64,000 nucleotides of DNA. Origin: Candidatus Limnocylindria bacterium (GTDB lineage Bacteria; Desulfobacterota; Binatia; DP-6). The stretch lies in the NCBI GenBank assembly GCA_035559675.1, contig DATMAZ010000220.1, forward strand, positions 11,024 through 75,023. Direction: 5' to 3'. The notes below the pieces were generated by a model. The model ran no database searches, was not told where the DNA came from, and saw nothing but the letters and a program-made list of their open reading frames with translations. The position numbers were made by a program, and so were the translations under genes. Each line of letters begins with the position of its first letter. Positions within the stretch are counted from its first letter, which is position 1. This document shows, in pieces, positions 18,259 through 30,239 of this stretch.

Positions 18259-19104
18259 ATGAAGGTCGGCCTGGTCATGTTCGCCACCGACTACGCCATC
18301 CGACCCGACGAGCTGGCGCGCGCCGCCGAGGCGCGCGGCTTCGAATCGCTGTGGGTCCCCGAGCACACGCACATCCCGGTCTCGCGGCGCAGCCCGTGGC
18401 CCGGCGGGCCGAACCTGCCGAAGGAGTACTGGCACACGTACGATCCGTTCGTGGCGCTCGCCATGGCGGCCGCCGTCACCACCACGCTGCGGCTCGCCAC
18501 CGGCATCTGCCTCCTGGTCGAGCGGGATCCGATCACCACCGCCAAGGAGGTGGCGAGCCTGGACCATCTGTCCGGCGGCCGCGTGATCTTCGGCATCGGC
18601 GGCGGCTGGAACGCCGAGGAGATGGCCGACCACGGCACGGATTTCCGCACGCGCTGGGCGCTGCTGCGCGAGCGCGTGCTCGCCATGAAGGCGCTCTGGA
18701 CGCAGGAGGAGGCCGCGTTCGCCGGCAAGCTGGTGCGTTTCGAGCCGAGCTGGGCCTGGCCCAAGCCGGCGCAGCGGCCGCACCCGCCGATCGTGCTTGG
18801 CAGCAACGCCAAGCGCGCGCTCGAGCGCGTGGTCGACTACTGCGACGGCTGGATGCCCATCGCCGCGCGCACGCGCGACCTCGACGCCGACCTCGCGCGG
18901 CTCCGTGCGCTCGCGGCCGAGCGCGGCCGCGATCCGGGCGGCATCGAGGTCTCGCTCTACGGAGCGCCCGCCGACGCGGACGCGCTGCGGCGCCTCGCCG
19001 CTGCGGGCGTCCATCGCGCCGTGCTGCCGTTGCCGTCGGCCGCCCCCGACGTGGTGCTGCCGCTGCTCGATCGCTACGCTCCGCTGGTGGCCGCGGTCCG
19101 CTGA
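18259..19104 (+). CDS. LLM-class (luciferase-like) F420-dependent oxidoreductase
   Basis: Matches the TIGR03619-like F420 LLM family (SLWVPEHTHIP, LDHLSGGRVIFGIGGGW, KPAQRPHPPIVLG). Confidence 0.8.
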   Translation: MKVGLVMFATDYAIRPDELARAAEARGFESLWVPEHTHIPVSRRSPWPGGPNLPKEYWHTYDPFVALAMAAAVTTTLRLATGICLLVERDPITTAKEVASLDHLSGGRVIFGIGGGWNAEEMADHGTDFRTRWALLRERVLAMKALWTQEEAAFAGKLVRFEPSWAWPKPAQRPHPPIVLGSNAKRALERVVDYCDGWMPIAARTRDLDADLARLRALAAERGRDPGGIEVSLYGAPADADALRRLAAAGVHRAVLPLPSAAPDVVLPLLDRYAPLVAAVR

Positions 19105-19105
19105 C

Positions 19106-20281
19106 GTGAGCCGGCGCCAGCAGCCGGGCGCGGTCACGCTCCGCGTGGTGGACGGTCTCCGCGCGGTGCCCGCCGCCGCGTGGAACGCGCTCGTCGGGGA
19201 GGGCTCGCCGTTCCTCGAATGGGAATGGCTCGCGTCGCTCGAAGACGCCGGCACCGTGCGGCCCGAGACCGGCTGGCTGCCGCAGCATCTCACGGTGTGG
19301 CGCGGCGAGCGGCTGATCGGTGCGTGCCCGCTCTACCTGAAGGGCCACAGCATGGGCGAATTCGTGTTCGACCACGGCTGGGCCGCGGCGGCCGAGCGCG
19401 CGGGCATGGCATACTATCCGAAGCTCCTGGTCGGCGTGCCGTTCACGCCGGTGACGGGGGCGCGTTTGCTGGCCGCGTCCGGCGAGGCGGGGGTCGTGGT
19501 CCCGCTGCTCGCCGAAGCGCTCGAGCAGGTGTGCACCGAGCAGCGGCTCTCCTCGGTCCACGTGAACTTCTGCCTGCCGGAGGAAGCCGCGCTGCTGCGC
19601 GCGCGCGGCTGGCTCGTGCGCACCGGCTGGCAGTACCACTGGACGAACGCCGGCTACCGGAGCTTCGAGGACTGGCTGCAGGCGCTGCGCAGCAAGCGGC
19701 GCAACCAGACGCGCCGCGAGCAGCGCGAGCTGGCGGCCCAGGGCGTGACGCTCGAGACGCTCGCCGGCGACGCCGCGCCACCGGAGCTGGCGCCCACCAT
19801 GTACGCGCTCTATCGGTCCACCATCGACGACAACCCGTGGGGCCGGCCGTACCTCACCGAGCGCTTCTTCACGCTCGCCTTCGAACGGCTGCGCTCGCGG
19901 CTCTGTCTCGTCCTGGCGCGCCAGCGCGGCGAGATCGTGGCCGGCACCTTCAACGTCCAGAAGGGCGAGGCGCTCTACGGCCGCTACTGGGGGACGCTGC
20001 GACCGCTGCGCTACCTGCACTTCAACGTCTGCTACTACGCGGCGGTCGAGCACTGCATCGCCCACGGGCTCGCACGCTTCGAGCCGGGCGCAGGCGGCGA
20101 GTTCAAGCACATGCGCGGCTTCGACGCCCGCAAGACGCTGAGCGTGCACTTCGTGCGCGATCCCCGGCTGCGGGTCGCGATCGCCGATTTTCTCGCGCGC
20201 GAGGGAGCGGCGGTCGAGGAGGAGATCGCCTGGTTCGACGCCCGCACGGCGCTCAAGCGCAATCGGCCGCGCGACGCCTGA
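19106..20281 (+). CDS. DUF482/FemAB-like GNAT-fold acyltransferase (BioF2-like)
   Basis: GTG start 2 nt after the LLM stop. Conserved motifs: WEWLASLEDAG, LYLKGHSMGEFVFDHGWA, YYPKLLVGVPFTP, FEPGAGGEFK. Confidence 0.75.
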   Translation: MSRRQQPGAVTLRVVDGLRAVPAAAWNALVGEGSPFLEWEWLASLEDAGTVRPETGWLPQHLTVWRGERLIGACPLYLKGHSMGEFVFDHGWAAAAERAGMAYYPKLLVGVPFTPVTGARLLAASGEAGVVVPLLAEALEQVCTEQRLSSVHVNFCLPEEAALLRARGWLVRTGWQYHWTNAGYRSFEDWLQALRSKRRNQTRREQRELAAQGVTLETLAGDAAPPELAPTMYALYRSTIDDNPWGRPYLTERFFTLAFERLRSRLCLVLARQRGEIVAGTFNVQKGEALYGRYWGTLRPLRYLHFNVCYYAAVEHCIAHGLARFEPGAGGEFKHMRGFDARKTLSVHFVRDPRLRVAIADFLAREGAAVEEEIAWFDARTALKRNRPRDA

Positions 20282-20295
20282 GCGCCGGCGGCTCG

Positions 20296-22170
20296 CTACG
20301 CCGCGCGGCGGGCGTGCTGGTCGCCGGCCGGGACCACGGGAAGCGCCACCCGGAAAGTGGCGCCGCGGCCCGGCGCGCTCTCGAGCTCGATCGAGGCCCC
20401 GAGCTGCTCGGCGAAGCGCCGCACGATGTAGAGCCCGAGCCCGGTGCCGCCGAAGCGGCGGGCGTCCGAGCCGTCGCCCTGACGGAACATCTCGAAGATG
20501 ACTTGCTGGTCTTCGGGACGGATGCCGATGCCCGTGTCGGCGACGGACACCACGAGGCGGTCGCCCGCGACGTGCAGCGCGGCGCGGACGTGGCCCTGGG
20601 GCGTGAACTTGAGGGCGTTGCCCACGAGATTGCGGATGATGACGCGGAGCTTGTGCGGATCGGTACTGATCGTGAGGTTCGGGACGGGTCCGCCCCATTC
20701 GAGCCGCACGCCCTCCTGGCGCGGGATGGCGGCGCAGGTCTGCCCGAGGTCCGCCCAGAACGCCGGCAGCCGCACGGTCTCGATGCGCACCGGCGAGCGC
20801 TGGGCCTCAAGCTTGCCGACCTCCAGCGTGCTTTCGATCAACGTCAGCAGCTCGCGCCCGGCTGCTTCGATGCGATCGAGGCAGCGCATGCGCTCGGCCG
20901 GCTCGAAGCCGGGGTCGCGTGCCATGTCGGCGAAGCCCAGGATCACGTTGAGCGGCGTGCGCAGCTCGTGGGAGACCGTCGACACGAACTCCGACTTGAG
21001 CCGGCTCGTTTCCCGCAGATCGGCGAGCAGCCGCGCTGTCTGGAGGGCCAGGGCGGCGGGATCGGCCAGCCGCTCGGCCAGCTCTCGCTCCATGTCGGCG
21101 AACGGCCACCGCCGCGTCCAGACGATCACGCCGAGCCTCTCGATGCCGCGCTGCAGCGCCAGGTACAGGGCCCGCACGTCCGGCTGCAGGGCGAAGACGC
21201 GGCCGAGCTCGCTGTCCGACGCATCGCCGGGCATCGACAGTACGCCGCGGCCGAAAACGTCTGCAAGCAACGGCGAGTCGCACGGCACCTCGAAGCCGAG
21301 GAACTGCTCGGCGAGCGCGGGCGCATCCCCGCCTGCATGCGTCACGCGGACCACGCGGGAGCCGTCGGCGGCGGACGTCACCTGCGCCACGAGGCAGACG
21401 TCGGCCGGGATGAGCGTGCCGGCGTGCGCGAGCAGGCGGGCGGCAACGTCAGACGGCTGCGCTTGCTCCGTCAGCTCGTGGCCGAACGCCGCGAGACGGG
21501 CCTGCTGCCAGGCCTGCACGTAGCAGGTACGCCGGTAGCGATCGAGGTGCGCAGCGCCTACCACGCCGACGAGCGATGCGCTTACCACCATCGACAGCAG
21601 CGCGGAGCTGTCGCCCAGGCTGCCGAGCCAGAGGCCGCCGTACACGACGACCACCGCCCCCCCGAGAATTGCCTGCGGCACGGCGCCCCACGGCACGAGG
21701 ATGGCGAGACCCATCACGGTGGCGCAGAGCGCCGCGACCGTGATCGCGATGCCGTCGGGGATCATCCTGCCGTACACGCTGAGCGTGAGCGTGATGCCGA
21801 TGCCGAAGGCGACGGCGATGGGACGCGGATGGCGACGCCCCACGGGCGAGAGCGTCGCGAGCCCGATGCCGACGCTGAGCGCGAGGAACACGCCCAGGAA
21901 CTTGAGGCGCAGCGCTTCGGCCTCCGGCCGCGCCAGCGCCACGTCGGCGCACGCGACCACCAGACAAAGCACGCACAGCGCCGCGGCCCAGCGCGTGCGC
22001 CAGGCGATGGCCGCGCCGCGCTCGGCCTCGTAGGCTGCGTCCCAGGCGGTCGCTCGTGTGCGCCCCGGCATCTCGCGGCGAACACAGCAATGCACGTGCC
22101 ACGGCGTGCGGCGGATCGGCGTGGCCATGCGGCCGCGATCCTCGCGGTGCACGCGCGCGGCGGGCGTCAC
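20296..22170 (-). CDS. Membrane-bound sensor histidine kinase
   Basis: N-terminal multi-TM region, then HisKA (FVSTVSHELRTPLN) and HATPase_c (N, G1 DTGIGI, G2 GGTGLGL) boxes. The start is ambiguous among 22170, 22128 and 22071. Confidence 0.8.
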   Translation of the reverse strand: MTPAARVHREDRGRMATPIRRTPWHVHCCVRREMPGRTRATAWDAAYEAERGAAIAWRTRWAAALCVLCLVVACADVALARPEAEALRLKFLGVFLALSVGIGLATLSPVGRRHPRPIAVAFGIGITLTLSVYGRMIPDGIAITVAALCATVMGLAILVPWGAVPQAILGGAVVVVYGGLWLGSLGDSSALLSMVVSASLVGVVGAAHLDRYRRTCYVQAWQQARLAAFGHELTEQAQPSDVAARLLAHAGTLIPADVCLVAQVTSAADGSRVVRVTHAGGDAPALAEQFLGFEVPCDSPLLADVFGRGVLSMPGDASDSELGRVFALQPDVRALYLALQRGIERLGVIVWTRRWPFADMERELAERLADPAALALQTARLLADLRETSRLKSEFVSTVSHELRTPLNVILGFADMARDPGFEPAERMRCLDRIEAAGRELLTLIESTLEVGKLEAQRSPVRIETVRLPAFWADLGQTCAAIPRQEGVRLEWGGPVPNLTISTDPHKLRVIIRNLVGNALKFTPQGHVRAALHVAGDRLVVSVADTGIGIRPEDQQVIFEMFRQGDGSDARRFGGTGLGLYIVRRFAEQLGASIELESAPGRGATFRVALPVVPAGDQHARRAA

Positions 22171-22205
22171 GTTTTCGACACCCGGCTCGCGCGAATGGCC
22201 GGCGC

Positions 22206-24505
<2,300 letters not shown>

Positions 24506-24506
<1 letters not shown>

Positions 24507-24826
24507 TAATCTTCCTCCATGGAGCAGCGCAGCGGGAACTCGTGCTGGCGGGCCAGGCGCTCCACCTGCGAGACCCGGGCCTCGGCGATCTCGCGCGGAT
24601 AGACCCCCGCGACGCCGATGCCGGTGCGGTGCACGTGAAGCATGATCTGCATGGCGGTGGCTTCGTCGTGGTGGAAGACGCTCTGGAGCACCCAGACGAC
24701 GAACTCCATGGTGGTGTAATCGTCGTTGTGCAGCAACACCTTGTAGCGCTTCGGCCGTTCGACGACCGGCGCCCGTCGCGTCTTCGTGACGACTCCGACG
24801 TCACGCTCTTGGTCATGCTGGGCCAT
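24506..24826 (-). CDS. clpS: ATP-dependent Clp protease adaptor ClpS
   Basis: YKVLLHNDDYTTMEFVVWVLQSVFHHDEATAMQIMLHVHRTGIGVAGVY is the canonical ClpS core. The internal ATG at 24826 is chosen. Confidence 0.88.
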
Positions 24827-24879
24827 CGCCCCCTCCAAAGTAGAGAAGGCGGTCGCGTCCCGCAATCACTACCCGTCGG

Positions 24880-25899
24880 CTACAGGCGGGCCGGATCGTC
24901 GGGGGTGCGCAGCCGGGCGAGCGCGCCGCCGCGCCGCCACATCCAGCAGGAATCGGGGCGCCCGCCCATGCCGAGCAGCCAGCGGTCGCGGGCCGCGGTG
25001 CTGGCCCAGTCAGCGACGGCGGCGAACACCTGGATCAGGGTGGGCGCGAGCATGAGTGCCGCGTCGAGGTGCGGCCGGTCGTCGCCCGGCTCGCCGAAGC
25101 GCGCGAGCAACGTCGCCGTCGCCCCGCGCAGCAGCGAGATGCCGTCCAGGTGCGCCGCCACGTCGGGACGCGGGCGCCACGGAACGTCGAGGCACGACGG
25201 GTCGCGCCGGCGCTCGGCCACCGCCACGCCGGTGGTGGCGAACTCGGGCGCGCGCAGCGTGAGCTGGATGCGCATTTCGAGGTGCTCGCCGAGCCGCTGC
25301 ATGGCGGGCACCACGCCGTCGACGGGCGCGAACAGCATGTCGGTGAGCTGCAGCCCCAGCACGAGGCCGCCGTCCGGGAGCTGCGCGCCGTCGATCACGA
25401 CGTCGCGCCGGTAGACCCGCTGCCCGGCGGCGCGCGCAACGCCCGCGAAGCGCGCCCGCTCGCGCCCGAGCGCCCAGGCGGTGGTGCCGCCGAGAAAGTG
25501 CGCGAGCGTGAAGACGTGGAAGCACGCCTTCGGGCCGCCGAGCGCGTCGCCGACGCGCTCGGGCCAGCCGCGGGCGACGTTGCCGCCGACGAGCGCGCCG
25601 GCCGTGGCGATGGGATCGCGACAGCTCTCGCCCTCGGTGGCCGCCGACGCCTCGAACGCCACCGACGGCTGGCGGGCGCTCGCCGCCTCGACGCGGCCGC
25701 TCGCCGGGTCGACCACCACGTCGAGCAGCATGTGGTGCACGATGCCGGAGCCGTGGAGGTCGCCGCCGACCGGCACGAAGCCGCGCTTGCGGAGATCGAG
25801 CAGCGTGCCGGCGACGTCGAGCCGCCCGTCCGCCCGCTGCGCGATCCCGATGCCGAGCGCTCGCGAGTGAAGCGGGTGGCCGCGGAGGTCGAGATCCAT
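24880..25899 (-). CDS. Conserved hypothetical protein (possibly DUF2889-like)
   Basis: 339 aa embedded in artefactual ORF 24880..28470, with ATG at 25899. Motifs: GIVHHMLLDVVVDP...GESCRD...PKACFHVFTL. Confidence 0.55.
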   Translation of the reverse strand: MDLDLRGHPLHSRALGIGIAQRADGRLDVAGTLLDLRKRGFVPVGGDLHGSGIVHHMLLDVVVDPASGRVEAASARQPSVAFEASAATEGESCRDPIATAGALVGGNVARGWPERVGDALGGPKACFHVFTLAHFLGGTTAWALGRERARFAGVARAAGQRVYRRDVVIDGAQLPDGGLVLGLQLTDMLFAPVDGVVPAMQRLGEHLEMRIQLTLRAPEFATTGVAVAERRRDPSCLDVPWRPRPDVAAHLDGISLLRGATATLLARFGEPGDDRPHLDAALMLAPTLIQVFAAVADWASTAARDRWLLGMGGRPDSCWMWRRGGALARLRTPDDPARL

Positions 25900-25940
25900 C
25901 GGCTCCTTCTTCCGGGAGTCTCCGAGCCATCGCAAGCGCG

Positions 25941-27698
25941 TCAGCGTACGACGCGGCGTGCGGGGTCGTAGCGGTAACGCGCGTGGAGCACCGGGTCGAG
26001 CATGAAGCCGGCGGCGAGATCGCCCTCGCGCCGCCAGCGCAGCGCGGGATTCGGATACGGCGTGCACGGCAGCGGCGCGGCGCCGCAGGCCTCGATGCCG
26101 AGCGGGACGTTCACCACGCCGCCGGTCTCGAGGCGCCGGGGCTCCCAGCGGATCGGGCTGGTCACCTCGAAGTCGCGGAGGTCGAGCCAGAGCGGGTCGA
26201 GCCCGGCGCGCAGCGTGGCGGCGGTGGCGACGGCGGCCACCGCGAGCAGCACCGGGCGAAGGGGGCTCCGCGCCCGCCAGGCGCGCTCGCCGGCCGCGAG
26301 CAGGATGCCGATCGCCGCCAGCACCCACACGGTGGCGCCCGCGTACCGCGGCACGGGGGACATGACGAGGCAGAAGACGAGCGAAGCGAGCGCGGGCACC
26401 ACGAGCGCGATGGGCAGCGCCGGCGCCGGCAAGCCACCGAGCCGACGCGCGAGCCGCACGGCAAGCGCGTAGCCGCACCCGGCGAGGCCGACGACGATGG
26501 GGCCGAGCACGTCCGGGGCCTGCCATCCCCAGTTGCGCAGAATGCCGGCGAACCACATCGGCGAGCGCACGATGGCGCGCCAGCCGCCGACGTACACGGT
26601 GTTGCGCAGCCAGCCCTCGACGTCGGTGCCGACCCGCCAGTCGACCGGCAGCGCGATCACCGCGCTCGGATAGAAGGGCAGCCCGCTCATGATGACGTTG
26701 CGGACGATCCAGGGGACGATCGCGGCGAGCCCGATGCCGGTGAGCACGGCGATTTGGCGGGCGCCGTCCCGCGCGCGGGGGCGCTCGGCCGCCAGGTAGA
26801 GGCCGAGGCCCACCAGCAGCGCGCCCGCGGCGAAGCCCGCGAACGAGAGCTTCACGGTGACGCCCGTCACGGCGAGCAGCGTGGCCGCGCGCAGGTGGAC
26901 GAGGCGCCGCGACGGCGCGTCGACCGCCAGCGCCAGCAGCTCCGCGGCGACCACGGTCCCGAGCGCGAAGACGCCGACGTCGGGATTGGGGCTGGTGAGC
27001 CAGATGCTCACCACCAGCGCGAAGATGCCGGGGGCGACGAGCACGTAGAAGACGTCGACCGGCCCCGTGGCGCGTCCGAGGCGCAGCGTGCGCCAGGCGG
27101 CGAGCGCCACGCGCAGACCGAGCGCCAGCGCGAGCAGCCCGTTTGCCAGGTGGTGCGAGCGTCCGGCGAACGGCCCGGCCTCGAGTGCGGCGACGTAGCC
27201 GAAGTACGACTGGTTGAGCGCATAGTGCGCGTGGAGGTTCCCCAGCCCCGGCACGATCCGCTGCTCCACCAGCCAGCGGACCGTAGGGACGAAGTAGGCC
27301 GCGACGTCGCCGTAGCGGGCGCCGGCGAGCGCGTGGTTCGACACCCACACCGCGAGCAGCACGGCCGCGGCCAGCGCCGGCGCGTCGCGGACGGCGCCGC
27401 GCGCGAGCGCGCGCCACGGCGTAAGGCCGCCGGCGACGAGCCCGATCGCGCCCGCGAGCAGGCAGGCGGCGCGTGCCGCGTCGTCGATGGGACGGGCCAG
27501 GTGCCAGACCTGCAACCCGAGCAGCAGCGCCGCCCAGCCGAGCCAGAAGCAGTCGAGCAGCTCCCCCGCATCCCGCGCCGCGGCCCCGGCCGCCCGCCGA
27601 ACCAGCAACCCGATCCCGACGAGGACGAGCGCCACCACCGCCCACGCCTCCAGTACCAGCAGCTGCGCGCCGGCCAGCACGGCGGGGAAGCCTACCAT
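25941..27698 (-). CDS. Large polytopic integral membrane protein of unknown function
   Basis: 585 aa with more than 12 predicted hydrophobic helices and a periplasmic-looking C-terminal domain. It lies directly upstream of the DUF2889-like gene. Confidence 0.55.
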   Translation of the reverse strand: MVGFPAVLAGAQLLVLEAWAVVALVLVGIGLLVRRAAGAAARDAGELLDCFWLGWAALLLGLQVWHLARPIDDAARAACLLAGAIGLVAGGLTPWRALARGAVRDAPALAAAVLLAVWVSNHALAGARYGDVAAYFVPTVRWLVEQRIVPGLGNLHAHYALNQSYFGYVAALEAGPFAGRSHHLANGLLALALGLRVALAAWRTLRLGRATGPVDVFYVLVAPGIFALVVSIWLTSPNPDVGVFALGTVVAAELLALAVDAPSRRLVHLRAATLLAVTGVTVKLSFAGFAAGALLVGLGLYLAAERPRARDGARQIAVLTGIGLAAIVPWIVRNVIMSGLPFYPSAVIALPVDWRVGTDVEGWLRNTVYVGGWRAIVRSPMWFAGILRNWGWQAPDVLGPIVVGLAGCGYALAVRLARRLGGLPAPALPIALVVPALASLVFCLVMSPVPRYAGATVWVLAAIGILLAAGERAWRARSPLRPVLLAVAAVATAATLRAGLDPLWLDLRDFEVTSPIRWEPRRLETGGVVNVPLGIEACGAAPLPCTPYPNPALRWRREGDLAAGFMLDPVLHARYRYDPARRVVR

Positions 27699-27774
27699 GG
27701 CGGCGTCCGGCAGGTGAACGGGAGACGCCCGCGCGACCGTGGCGCTGCCGAGCCGCGTACGGTACTAATCGCGA

Positions 27775-28542
27775 ATGCGACTGAGTGAGGTTCGGGCGAT
27801 GGTAACCGGCGGGGCGTCGGGCCTCGGAGGTGCCACGACGCGCCGGCTGGTCGAGGCGGGCGGGCGCGTGACGATCTGCGACCTGCCGACCTCGAAGGGC
27901 GCCGAGCTGGCGCGCGAGCTCGGCGAGCGGGCGCAGTTCGTGCCGACGGACGTCACGGACGAAGCACAGGTGCAGGCGGCGGTGGATGCCACCGTGCAGC
28001 GCTTCGGCGGGGTCAACGTGCTGGTGAACTGCGCCGGCATGGGCATGGCGGGTCGCACCATCTCGAGGCAGGGCCCGTTTCCGCTCGACCCCTTCACCAA
28101 GACCATCCAGGTGAACCTGATCGGCACCTTCAACTGCATCCGCCTGGCGGCGTTCCGCATGTCGCAGGCCGAGCCCAACCAGGAGGGCGAACGGGGCGTG
28201 ATCGTCAACACCGCCTCCGTGGCCGCCTTCGACGGGCAGATCGGCCAGGCGGCGTACTCCGCGTCGAAGGGCGGGGTGGTGGGCATGACGCTGCCGATCG
28301 CGCGCGATCTGTCGTCGGTCGGCATCCGCGTGTGCACGATCGCGCCGGGCACGTTCGATACGCCGATGCTGGGGATGGCGCCCGAGGAGATGCGACAAGC
28401 GCTGGCGGCGCAGATCCCGTTTCCGAAGCGGCTCGGGCGTCCGAGCGAGTTCGCCGCGCTCGCCGCGCACATCATCGAGAATCCGATGCTGAACGGCGAG
28501 ACCATCCGGCTCGACGGCGCCATCCGCATGGCACCCAAGTAG
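27775..28542 (+). CDS. SDR-family 3-hydroxyacyl-CoA dehydrogenase type II (HSD17B10-like)
   Basis: TGGASGLG Rossmann motif, [28 protein letters not shown] catalytic motif, and end-to-end similarity to type-2 HADH. Confidence 0.85.
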   Translation: MRLSEVRAMVTGGASGLGGATTRRLVEAGGRVTICDLPTSKGAELARELGERAQFVPTDVTDEAQVQAAVDATVQRFGGVNVLVNCAGMGMAGRTISRQGPFPLDPFTKTIQVNLIGTFNCIRLAAFRMSQAEPNQEGERGVIVNTASVAAFDGQIGQAAYSASKGGVVGMTLPIARDLSSVGIRVCTIAPGTFDTPMLGMAPEEMRQALAAQIPFPKRLGRPSEFAALAAHIIENPMLNGETIRLDGAIRMAPK

Positions 28543-28550
28543 GAGGCGCG

Positions 28551-29453
28551 ATGAGCACGGGCGAGCGCGTCGGCGTCGTCGGGCTCGGCAACATCGGCCG
28601 AGCGATCGCCGCCAACCTGGTGGCCGACGGCTACCACGTCTCGGTGTACGACCTCGACCAGAACCGCGTGCAGAGCCTGGTCGGCGCGGGCGCCCGGGCG
28701 GCCGCGAACGCCGCGCAGGTGGGGGAGCGGAGCGCCGTCACCTTCCTCTCGCTGCCGACGCCGAGCGCCATGGAGGCGGTGGCCGACGAGTGGCTCGCCG
28801 GCGCGGCCCGCGGCGCGATCCTGGTCGACCTCACCACCAACGCGCCGGTGGTCGTCGAGCGCGTGGGCGCGCGGCTGGCCGCCGCGGGACGGCATCTGCT
28901 CGAGTGCCCGCTCACCGGCGGCGCCCCGGGCGCCCAGGCGCGCATGCTGGTGTTCATGGTGGGCGGCGAGCCCGTCGTCTACGAGCGCGTGCGCCCGCTG
29001 CTCGCCAAGCTCGGCCGGGCGAGCTTCCACATGGGCGGGCTCGGGCTCGGCAACGTGGCGAAGCTGGTGAACAGCCTGATCGCCTTCCAGGCCACCTGGG
29101 GCACGCTCGAGGTGCTGGCGGTGGCCGCCAAGGTGGGCATCGACCTTCGCACCATGATCGACGTCATCCGGGCGGGAGGCGCCGGCAACGTCTTCACGGA
29201 GCGCATGGTCGAGGGGCTGAACCAGCGCCAGCGTCCGACGCAGTTCGCGCTCGGGTTGGCGGCCAAGGACGCCGGACTGTTCGTCGACCTGGCGCGCCAG
29301 GCGGGCGTGCCCGTGCCGGTCTCGGCGCAGGTCGCCCAGGCGTTGGTGGCGGCGGTGGCCGCCGGCCTGGCCGAGCGCGATTTCACCGATCTCGTGGAAG
29401 TGGTCGAGCGCGCAGCCGGCGTGAAGCTCGTGCTCGCACCGCCGAGGACGTAG
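28551..29453 (+). CDS. NAD(P)-dependent 3-hydroxyisobutyrate dehydrogenase-family oxidoreductase (MmsB/GarR-like)
   Basis: GVVGLGNIGRAIAANL Rossmann fold and conserved catalytic Lys region (GGLGLGNVAKLVNSL). AGGAGG RBS at 28541. Confidence 0.8.
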   Translation: MSTGERVGVVGLGNIGRAIAANLVADGYHVSVYDLDQNRVQSLVGAGARAAANAAQVGERSAVTFLSLPTPSAMEAVADEWLAGAARGAILVDLTTNAPVVVERVGARLAAAGRHLLECPLTGGAPGAQARMLVFMVGGEPVVYERVRPLLAKLGRASFHMGGLGLGNVAKLVNSLIAFQATWGTLEVLAVAAKVGIDLRTMIDVIRAGGAGNVFTERMVEGLNQRQRPTQFALGLAAKDAGLFVDLARQAGVPVPVSAQVAQALVAAVAAGLAERDFTDLVEVVERAAGVKLVLAPPRT

Positions 29454-29462
29454 CCCGCCCGT

Positions 29463-30188
29463 GTGCGAGGCGCGATGCGGGTACGAGGAGGACACGCCGC
29501 GCTGCTGCTCGCCGCGCTCCTCGCCTGCGGCCCAACGGAGCGCTCGCCCGTGACCTCGACCGACGCCACCGCGGCGGCCCGCGAGGCGATGGTCGCCGAG
29601 CAGATCGAGCGCCGGGGCGTGCGCGATCCGGAGGTGCTGCGCGCCATGCGCGTCGTGCCGCGGCACGAGTTCGTGCCGGTCTCGGAGCGCGCGGAAGCCT
29701 ACGACGACCACCCCCTGCCGATCGGGCACGGGCAGACGATCAGCCAGCCCTACATCGTGGCGTTCATGACCGAGGCCGCAGCCGTGAGGCCGGGAGCGCG
29801 GGTGCTCGAGATCGGCACCGGCTCGGGCTACCAGGCGGCGGTGCTCGCGGAAGTGGGGGCCGAGGTCTACACGATCGAGATCGTGCCCGAGCTCGCCGCC
29901 GCCGCCCGCGCGGCGCTCACGCGCACGGGCTACGAGCGCGTGCACACGCGCACGGGCGACGGACACAAAGGCTGGCCCGAGGCGGCGCCGTTCGAGGCCA
30001 TCATCGTGACGGCGGCCGCGCCCCGGGTGCCGCCGGCGCTGCTCGAGCAGCTCGCGGTCGGTGGGCGGCTGGTCATGCCGGTGGGCAGCGTCTGGCAGGA
30101 GATCGAGATCCACCACCGCACCCAGGACGGCATCTCGGTAGAGCGCGTGCTGCCGGTGCGGTTCGTGCCGCTGGTCGGCGGCCCCTGA
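29463..30188 (+). CDS. pcm: Protein-L-isoaspartate O-methyltransferase, exported/lipoprotein form
   Basis: [34 protein letters not shown] and GGRLVMPVG motifs. It has an N-terminal signal peptide with an AALLACG lipobox. Confidence 0.85.
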   Translation: MRGAMRVRGGHAALLLAALLACGPTERSPVTSTDATAAAREAMVAEQIERRGVRDPEVLRAMRVVPRHEFVPVSERAEAYDDHPLPIGHGQTISQPYIVAFMTEAAAVRPGARVLEIGTGSGYQAAVLAEVGAEVYTIEIVPELAAAARAALTRTGYERVHTRTGDGHKGWPEAAPFEAIIVTAAAPRVPPALLEQLAVGGRLVMPVGSVWQEIEIHHRTQDGISVERVLPVRFVPLVGGP

Positions 30189-30239
30189 GCGCGATCCGAT
30201 CGCTTGAACCCGCGCGCGAGCGTGCGGTAGGTCGGGCCC

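Noticed and set aside
24880-28470. 1196 aa ORF on the minus strand
   Set aside because: It is a composite high-GC read-through. Only the C-terminal 339 aa (24880..25899) and, in another frame, 25941..27698 look like genuine proteins. The rest is low-complexity Arg/Ala/Gly-rich sequence typical of wrong-frame translation at ~72% GC.
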